DNA of 32,000 nucleotides from the NCBI RefSeq assembly GCF_011065935.2, contig NZ_JAAMNH020000001.1, positions 1,658,489 through 1,690,488 on the forward strand, read 5' to 3'. Under the pieces are notes generated by a model that was not told the origin of the DNA, did no database searches, and worked only from the letters and a program-made list of their open reading frames with translations. Origin of the DNA: Clostridium estertheticum (GTDB taxonomy: Bacteria > Bacillota > Clostridia > Clostridiales > Clostridiaceae). A program made the position numbers and the translations under genes. Of the stretch, positions 25,925 to 32,000 are shown piece by piece (the first letter of the stretch is position 1; every line of letters begins with the position of its first letter).

Positions 25925-28222
25925 ATGCAATTAGATAATATAGTAAATGAGATTATTACTGCAGCTTATAATGAAGCTCAAATGTCCAATCATGAATATT
26001 TTACACCAGAACATATTCTTTATGCCTCTTTATTTTTTGAAGAGGGAATTGATATAGTTGAGAATAGTGGTGGCAATGTTAAAAGACTAAAAAAACAGAT
26101 AATTAAATTTTTAAAGGAAAACATAGATGTTGTAGAAGATGCAGAGCCAATACAAACAATTGGAATCCAAACAATTTTATCCTCAGCGGAAGATCACGTT
26201 ATGCTTTCAGGCAAAGAGCTAGTTAAAATAGGTGATGTGATTGTAGCTATGTATGATGATGAGGAAAGCTTTGCTTCATATTTCTTGAGAAAACAGCAAA
26301 TGAAGAGACGGGATCTTCTCAATTACATAGCTCATGGTATATCTGTAGTAGATACTTTTGACTTTTCAGGCATAACAAATCATGAGGAAGAAGAACCAGC
26401 TGAATTTGAGGAAGAGGAAGAAAATGCAGAACACACATATGACGAGGAAATAAACAATCCGAAGGGGGAAGAAAATTTTTTAAGGAATTTTACTGTGGAG
26501 TTAACAGAAAAAGCAAGTAGAGGGGAAATGGATCCTCTTATTGGGAGGCAAGACATTCTGCAAAGAACGCTACAAGTACTATGTAGGAGACTTAAAAATA
26601 ATCCAGTGCATGTAGGAGAACCAGGGGTAGGCAAAACAGCTATCACAGAGGGACTTGCGCAATTAATTGTAGAAAACAAAGTACCTAAGATATTACAAGG
26701 GAGTAAGATATATTATTTGGATATGGGATCTCTCTTGGCAGGAACAAAGTATAGAGGAGATTTTGAAGAACGTATAAAAAGAATATTAAGGGAAATCAGT
26801 AAAGAAGAAAAGCCCATAGTATATATTGATGAGATTCATACCATAGTAGGAGCTGGGGCGGTTTCTGGCGGGTCTATGGATGCTTCTAATATTTTAAAAC
26901 CCTTTCTTGCAGATGGTAAGGTAAGATTTATTGGCTCAACTACTTATGATGAATATAAGAAGCATTTTGAAAAAGATAGTGCACTAGCTAGAAGATTCCA
27001 AAAAATTGAAGTGCCGGAGCCATCGACTGAAGATACTTTCGACATTCTTATGGGACTAAGGGATAGATATGAAGCTTACCATAAGGTTACGTACATTGAA
27101 GAAGCTTTAAAAACAGCAGTAGAATTATCTAGTAAGTATATTAAAGATAGATATCTTCCAGATAAAGCTATAGATATTATGGATGAAGCAGGCGCTTATG
27201 CAAGGCTTAATGCTCAGGATAGTGAAGAGAATATTATTATAACTGTGAGCGCAGTGGAAAAAATAGTTGCTTCTATCGCGAAAATTCCAGAGCAAAGTGT
27301 ATCAAATAATGAGACTTTAACATTGAAAAATCTAGATCACAATTTAAAGAAACAGGTTTTCGGGCAAAGCGCCGCTATAGAAACTCTAGTAAGAGCTATA
27401 AAGAGATCTAGGGCAGGGTTTAATGAAGAAGAAAAGCCCATAGCATCTCTCCTTTTTGTAGGTCCTACTGGAGTCGGAAAGACAGAAGTAAGTAAGCAAT
27501 TATCAAAGAGCCTCGCTATTCCACTTATCAGATTTGATATGAGTGAATACCAAGAGAAGCATACTGTGGCTAGACTTATTGGTTCGCCACCAGGATATGT
27601 AGGTTATGAAGAGGGCGGACTATTAATTGAAGCCATTAAAAAAAACCCTCATTGTGTGCTACTCCTTGATGAAATTGAAAAAGCCCACCCGGATGTATAT
27701 AATGTACTATTGCAGGTTATGGACTATGCAACACTTACAGATAATACTGGTAAAAAGGCGGATTTCAGAAATGTGATTTTAATAATGACATCTAACGCAG
27801 GAGCAAGAGAAGCTAGCAAAAATATAATTGGATTTGGCGATAGAATAGAATCAGGGGGAGCAGTTACTAAAGAAGTGGAACGAGTGTTTTCTCCAGAATT
27901 TAGAAATAGATTGGATAATATAATTGTATTTAATAAAATTGACGAAGCCATGGCTCTTCAAATAGCTAAGAAAGCTATGAAACAGTTTGAAGAAAAGCTT
28001 TTAACTAAAAATATAAAATTAGTGGTAACAGATGATTTATATGCTTGGTTAAGTAAAAAAGGTTTTTCAGAGGCTTACGGTGCTAGAGAAATCAATAGAG
28101 TAGTTCAACAAGAGATAAAGACCTATTTTGTTGATGAAGTTCTATTTGGTGATCTTTCCACAGGGGGTAGTGCAATAGTAGACATTGTGGATGGTAATCT
28201 TAAAATTATTAAAGAAAATTAA
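25925..28222 (+). CDS. clpA: ATP-dependent Clp protease ATP-binding subunit ClpA
   Basis: It has two AAA+ modules (GEPGVGKTA; GPTGVGKTE) and a ClpA-type N-domain, and no ClpB-like middle domain. I prefer ATG 25925, 3 nt after the clpS stop with SD gaggag, over the overlapping track start 25874. Confidence 0.9.
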   Translation: MQLDNIVNEIITAAYNEAQMSNHEYFTPEHILYASLFFEEGIDIVENSGGNVKRLKKQIIKFLKENIDVVEDAEPIQTIGIQTILSSAEDHVMLSGKELVKIGDVIVAMYDDEESFASYFLRKQQMKRRDLLNYIAHGISVVDTFDFSGITNHEEEEPAEFEEEEENAEHTYDEEINNPKGEENFLRNFTVELTEKASRGEMDPLIGRQDILQRTLQVLCRRLKNNPVHVGEPGVGKTAITEGLAQLIVENKVPKILQGSKIYYLDMGSLLAGTKYRGDFEERIKRILREISKEEKPIVYIDEIHTIVGAGAVSGGSMDASNILKPFLADGKVRFIGSTTYDEYKKHFEKDSALARRFQKIEVPEPSTEDTFDILMGLRDRYEAYHKVTYIEEALKTAVELSSKYIKDRYLPDKAIDIMDEAGAYARLNAQDSEENIIITVSAVEKIVASIAKIPEQSVSNNETLTLKNLDHNLKKQVFGQSAAIETLVRAIKRSRAGFNEEEKPIASLLFVGPTGVGKTEVSKQLSKSLAIPLIRFDMSEYQEKHTVARLIGSPPGYVGYEEGGLLIEAIKKNPHCVLLLDEIEKAHPDVYNVLLQVMDYATLTDNTGKKADFRNVILIMTSNAGAREASKNIIGFGDRIESGGAVTKEVERVFSPEFRNRLDNIIVFNKIDEAMALQIAKKAMKQFEEKLLTKNIKLVVTDDLYAWLSKKGFSEAYGAREINRVVQQEIKTYFVDEVLFGDLSTGGSAIVDIVDGNLKIIKEN

Positions 28223-28224
28223 AA

Positions 28225-28255
28225 AAAAGATGTTGCTATTAATGCAACATCTTTT
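28225..28255. terminator. Bidirectional terminator between clpA and motB
   Basis: aaaagatgttgc tattaat gcaacatctttt. Confidence 0.8.
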
Positions 28256-29004
28256 TATTTAATATTCTCTGTTTTTGAAAATTTACTACTTAATATAATA
28301 ATATCTACAGTTCTATTCTTGGCTTTTCCTATTTCAGTTGTATTATCTGCCACTGGCCTATTTTCCCCATAGGCTACTGCTGATATTCGCTTAGGATAAA
28401 TTCCTGCTTGTGAAATAAGCACCTCTGTAACATTAGTTGCCCTAATAGCAGAAAGCTGCCAATTTGAGCTAAATTCATAATTGTTAATTGGAGTACTATC
28501 TGTGTGTCCTTCTATTCTTACATAATTATCAACTTTATTTAGTATTTTCCCTATACTAATTAGTTTTTTTATTGATTCCGCTTTAACCTCTGCTTTACCA
28601 ATGTCAAAGAGCAATGTGCTTTTAAGACTTACTTGAAGCCCTCTTTCATCAATTTTAGTGGATACGTCAGCACTTAATCCATTTTGGTTTAAATACTTGT
28701 CCACATTTTTTTTAATAGCTTCCATTTGATTTTCTTCTGCTGTTTTACTTTCTACGGTTGGCGTATCAATTACTTTAGTACTTGGGTCTGAGATACTTAT
28801 AGCTGAGTCATTTCCGATGATAGTTTTACCGCCACCACTATCAAAAGCTGCACTGAGTGATTGTGATAGTTTTTTATATTTATCGGTGCTTACATTGCTT
28901 GAAGCATACATAACAACAAAAAATATCATAAGCAAAGTTATTAAATCAGAGTAAGTTAAAAGCCATCGCTCATGATTGGGTTCTTTTTCTTCCCTTCTTT
29001 TCAT
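28255..29004 (-). CDS. motB: Flagellar motor stator protein MotB (OmpA-like C-terminal domain)
   Basis: The N-terminus ERWLLTYSDLITLLMIFFVVM is the plug/TM with the conserved Asp. The C-terminal OmpA/MotB peptidoglycan-binding region is present (RIEGHTDSTPI...SNWQLSAIRATNV). Confidence 0.88.
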   Translation of the reverse strand: MKRREEKEPNHERWLLTYSDLITLLMIFFVVMYASSNVSTDKYKKLSQSLSAAFDSGGGKTIIGNDSAISISDPSTKVIDTPTVESKTAEENQMEAIKKNVDKYLNQNGLSADVSTKIDERGLQVSLKSTLLFDIGKAEVKAESIKKLISIGKILNKVDNYVRIEGHTDSTPINNYEFSSNWQLSAIRATNVTEVLISQAGIYPKRISAVAYGENRPVADNTTEIGKAKNRTVDIIILSSKFSKTENIK

Positions 29005-29006
29005 TA

Positions 29007-29792
29007 TTACGCTCCTCCATTATTCATTTCATTAAATCTTTTTATTTGCTTCTTATCAAGGAATCCTTTTAATTTTTCTGCTAAGATATTAGGATTTGCA
29101 CCTTCTTGCATAAGAAGTACAGCTTCAATAATTAGTTGTTTCTCTTTGATTTCTTCATTATTTAAGTCCTTTAATCTTCCAGCCATAGGAAGCCATAATA
29201 AGTTGGCAGAGCCAACACCATAGAGAGTAGCAATAAATGCAACAGCGATTTTTTCTCCAAGTACAGCTGGGTCAGAAAGGTTACTTAAAACTTGCACCAA
29301 ACCCATAACAGTACCTATAATACCCATGGTTGGTGCAAATCCACCCGCTGCGTCAAAGATTGCAGCACCCTCTTTATGCCTATCATAGGTTGATTCAAGT
29401 TCAAACTCTAATATAGTTTTTACCATTTGAGGTTCTACGCCATCCACCACTAGTTGCAAGCCTTTTTTTATAAAAGGGTCTAATGCATCAGTTATTTCTC
29501 CTTCAATGCTAAGTAAACCTTCTTTTCTAGTTTTAAAAGATAAGTTTTTAAAATAGCTGACAATTTCAACTAAATCTTTATCTTTTGCTGTAAATATAAG
29601 TTTAAGCATTGCTGGGATGTTCTTTAATTTTTTAGCAGAAAATCCAAGCCCTACGGATCCGATGGTACCTCCAAATACAATTATAGCAGCACTAGTAGCT
29701 GCCAGCATACCAGGGCTTCCACCTTCTAAAAGGAATGCACCTATCAACGAACCAAAACTTATTAATACAAATATAATTGAAAAAATATTCAT
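29007..29792 (-). CDS. motA: Flagellar motor stator protein MotA
   Basis: It has four TM segments and the conserved C-terminal MotA/TolQ/ExbB channel region (APTMGIIGTVMGLVQVL...AFIATLYGVGSANLLWLP). It lies directly upstream of motB. Confidence 0.88.
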   Translation of the reverse strand: MNIFSIIFVLISFGSLIGAFLLEGGSPGMLAATSAAIIVFGGTIGSVGLGFSAKKLKNIPAMLKLIFTAKDKDLVEIVSYFKNLSFKTRKEGLLSIEGEITDALDPFIKKGLQLVVDGVEPQMVKTILEFELESTYDRHKEGAAIFDAAGGFAPTMGIIGTVMGLVQVLSNLSDPAVLGEKIAVAFIATLYGVGSANLLWLPMAGRLKDLNNEEIKEKQLIIEAVLLMQEGANPNILAEKLKGFLDKKQIKRFNEMNNGGA

Positions 29793-29972
29793 AAATTCCC
29801 CCTATTCTTGTAGTTACATAATTTTCATTTAATGTAACAACATGTAAAACTCTTTAGTATTTTCGATAAATAAAATAATATCATACAATAATCTTCGGAG
29901 AAACTTATTTTTTATTTAGACTTAAAAATAAATATTCATAAGAATTTTATTTTGTATTGAAGTTTATTAGGA

Positions 29973-30341
29973 CTATTTTCTAGGAATAATCTCTATCCAG
30001 TAGCCATCTGGATCCATAATAAAATATATTCCCATAGGCTTATTTTCAAAACAGATGCATCTCATTTTTTTATGATGCGCATAGGCTTCATCAAAATCAT
30101 CCGTAACTACAGCAAGATGAAACTCATTTTCGCCTAGATTGTATGGTGTGGTTCTATCCTTTAGATAAGTGAGTTCTAACTTATGATCAGTAGTTTCATC
30201 ACCTAAAAATATAAGGGTAAAACTATCGTCGGGGGCATTGAATCGCCTAGTTTCTGCAAAGCCCAGTGCCTCCTTATAAAATTTCGCGCTTTTTTCTAAG
30301 TCCAATACATTTATATTATTATGATCAAAAGAAAACTTCAT
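29973..30341 (-). CDS. VOC family protein / glyoxalase I-like (lactoylglutathione lyase family)
   Basis: FDHNNINVLDLEKSAKFYKEALGF...HKLELTY...FHLAV...GYWIEI is the paired beta-alpha-beta-beta-beta VOC fold with its metal ligands. Confidence 0.8.
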   Translation of the reverse strand: MKFSFDHNNINVLDLEKSAKFYKEALGFAETRRFNAPDDSFTLIFLGDETTDHKLELTYLKDRTTPYNLGENEFHLAVVTDDFDEAYAHHKKMRCICFENKPMGIYFIMDPDGYWIEIIPRK

Positions 30342-30471
30342 TTAATATAACCACCTTTTCAAAAAATTTAATATATATCATATACTATATCATCATTATA
30401 TATTTGTGGTAAAATAAGGGCAACAGATTTATTATTTACTTGAAATATTTTAAATATAAGGAGACATAATT

Positions 30472-31209
30472 ATGGAAAAAATAAAAGCGAAAATATACTA
30501 TATATATCATAGCGGCTTTGCAATTAAAACTGAAAATCATTTTTTAATATTTGATTATTATAAAGAGCCAATAGAAAATGATGTGACTCATAAACCGTTA
30601 GCGGTACTGGCCCCGGAAAATATTAAACAGATGAAAAATGTGTATGTGTTTGCATCTCATAGTCATGAAGATCATTTTAACTCTAGTATTTTGGAGTGGG
30701 AGAATTATAACAGTAATATAAAATATATATTTAGTAGCGACATAACAATAAATAAAAATAGACCCAGCTATACATTTATAGAGGAAGGTCAAGAAAGAAC
30801 ATTTGATGACCTTTATGTAAAAGCTTATGGTTCAACAGATATTGGTATATCTTTCTTAGTAAAGGTGGATGGATTAACTATTTTTCATGCTGGAGATCTT
30901 AACTGGTGGCGTTGGAAAGAGGATAGCTTAGAGGAACAGTCCTTAGCGGAGTCTTTATTCAAAGCTCAAATAGATATGTTAAGCGTAGAAAAACCTATAG
31001 ATATAGCTTTTTTTCCTGTAGATCCAAGGCTACAAGAATATTACTATATAGGCGGAGAATATTTTGCAAAAAAAATTCAACCTAAATTACTTATACCTAT
31101 GCATTTCGGAGAGTTGGTAAGTATTACTAGGGAATTTGCAGAAAAAATGATAAAACAGAGCATAAATGCAGTTCAAATAAATTATTCAGGACAAGAGATA
31201 ATATATTAA
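30472..31209 (+). CDS. MBL-fold metallo-hydrolase
   Basis: YHSGFAIKT...VFASHSHEDHFN (HxHxDH motif) ...FHAGD...PMHF. SD taaggag lies upstream. Confidence 0.8.
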   Translation: MEKIKAKIYYIYHSGFAIKTENHFLIFDYYKEPIENDVTHKPLAVLAPENIKQMKNVYVFASHSHEDHFNSSILEWENYNSNIKYIFSSDITINKNRPSYTFIEEGQERTFDDLYVKAYGSTDIGISFLVKVDGLTIFHAGDLNWWRWKEDSLEEQSLAESLFKAQIDMLSVEKPIDIAFFPVDPRLQEYYYIGGEYFAKKIQPKLLIPMHFGELVSITREFAEKMIKQSINAVQINYSGQEIIY

Positions 31210-31483
31210 AAATTATTTTTATTATAGTTGAATAAATATAGTGATTTATGTCAATGATTTAAGTAAACCAAATAAAAAAGCACTTGATGCAGTATTTTTT
31301 TTAGTCCCCCTAAATTAATATTGCATGAGGTGCTTTTTATATGGGCATAAATAATATCATATTTATAATATACTAAAAACAAGGTATAGTGTTTTTTTTA
31401 TTTACACAATTTAATAAATGTGATACTTTATTAAGTGGAAATTAGAATATAATAAGTAAAAAAAAGAAAGCAGGAAATATGAA

Positions 31484-32000
31484 ATGAGACGAGAAACTAA
31501 AAATGAAAATATTTTAAATTATATCTATATTATCATTGGAACTACAATCCTAGCAGCAGGGGTAAATATGTTTTTGGCAAAAATAAAATTAGTAACAGGT
31601 GGGTTATCAGGGCTTGCCATTATTATTCAGTATATTACAGAAAAGAATTATGGAAGAGGAATACCGTTATGGTTTACTAATATTGTTGTTAATATACCAT
31701 TGATTGTCATTGCTATAAAACTTAAAGGAAGAGAATTTGTGGGTAAATCCATATTTGCTGCAGCATATTTATCTTTTGCCTTGTTCTATACAAGCTTTAT
31801 ACCAGCACCAGAGGTGGATTTTTTGCTTTCAAGTATATTTGGTGGCATATTTGTTGGTACAGGCTTAGGCTTTGTATTAAGAGCATCTGCTAGTACTGGT
31901 GGCACGGATTTGGCTGCAAATATTATAAAGGTTTATTTGAAAAATGTGCCAATAGCTAGGATTATGTTGGTAATTGATTCGACTATAGTAATAATAGGGG
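31484..32000 (+). CDS. YitT-family membrane protein, N-terminal portion (runs off the window end)
   Basis: Hand translation from ATG 31484 gives MRRETKNENILNYIYIIIGTTILAAGVNMFLAKIKLVTGGLSGLAIIIQY...STGGTDLAANIIK, typical of YitT/DUF161 repeats. There is no stop before the window end, so it is absent from the ORF track. Confidence 0.75.
   Translation, partial: MRRETKNENILNYIYIIIGTTILAAGVNMFLAKIKLVTGGLSGLAIIIQYITEKNYGRGIPLWFTNIVVNIPLIVIAIKLKGREFVGKSIFAAAYLSFALFYTSFIPAPEVDFLLSSIFGGIFVGTGLGFVLRASASTGGTDLAANIIKVYLKNVPIARIMLVIDSTIVIIG

Noticed and set aside
28255-29792. The motA-motB pair sits away from any other flagellar genes in the window, which might mark an unusual stator.
   Set aside because: Stand-alone motAB operons are common in Firmicutes. 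The sequences look canonical and nothing in the window suggests a novel function.
31274-31340. An imperfect long-range inverted repeat (agcacttgatgca ... tgcatgaggtgct) after the MBL hydrolase gene.
   Set aside because: It is probably just the terminator of that gene, with a large loop and two mismatches. Nothing further distinguishes it.

Overview
This is a low-GC (roughly 28-30%) Clostridium-like chromosomal segment. Most of it is ordinary housekeeping. It holds the 3' end of cstA, an amidohydrolase, a sigI-rsgI pair with a divergent secreted DUF5667-like protein, and an L,D-transpeptidase. It also holds a hemerythrin-like protein, a complete sufCBDSU operon, a GDPD phosphodiesterase plus MFS transporter, a YdcF/DUF218 protein, clpS-clpA, motA-motB, a VOC/glyoxalase, an MBL hydrolase and the start of a YitT-family gene. 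The accessory part lies at about 18.2-25.2 kb. (1) It begins with an hgcA-hgcB mercury-methylation pair, recognised from the NVWCAAGK cap-helix motif, a C-terminal TM bundle, and a 2x[4Fe-4S] ferredoxin with CMECGAC. Both genes carry an in-frame TGA at a cysteine-type position, each followed by a small hairpin with a GGU-containing loop. My main hypothesis is that both are selenocysteine codons: a Cys-Sec pair at the HgcA N-terminus, and Sec replacing the conserved post-ferredoxin Cys of HgcB. (2) Immediately downstream is a four-gene family of Cys-rich paralogs. One carries two long in-frame tandem repeat arrays and one is a truncated copy with a poly-Asn (AAT)n tract. The cluster is bracketed by an identical 31-nt terminator repeat and has a conserved 43-nt upstream box. 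These may be spore-surface proteins, but that is inference only. Smaller oddities are an Rrf2 regulator remnant abutting a tiny HNH endonuclease gene just downstream of the suf operon, an orphan 43-codon ORF or sRNA unit with a 24-bp perfect hairpin, and several well-supported small genes below the ORF-track cutoff. I found no CRISPR array, rRNA, tRNA or clear transposase.
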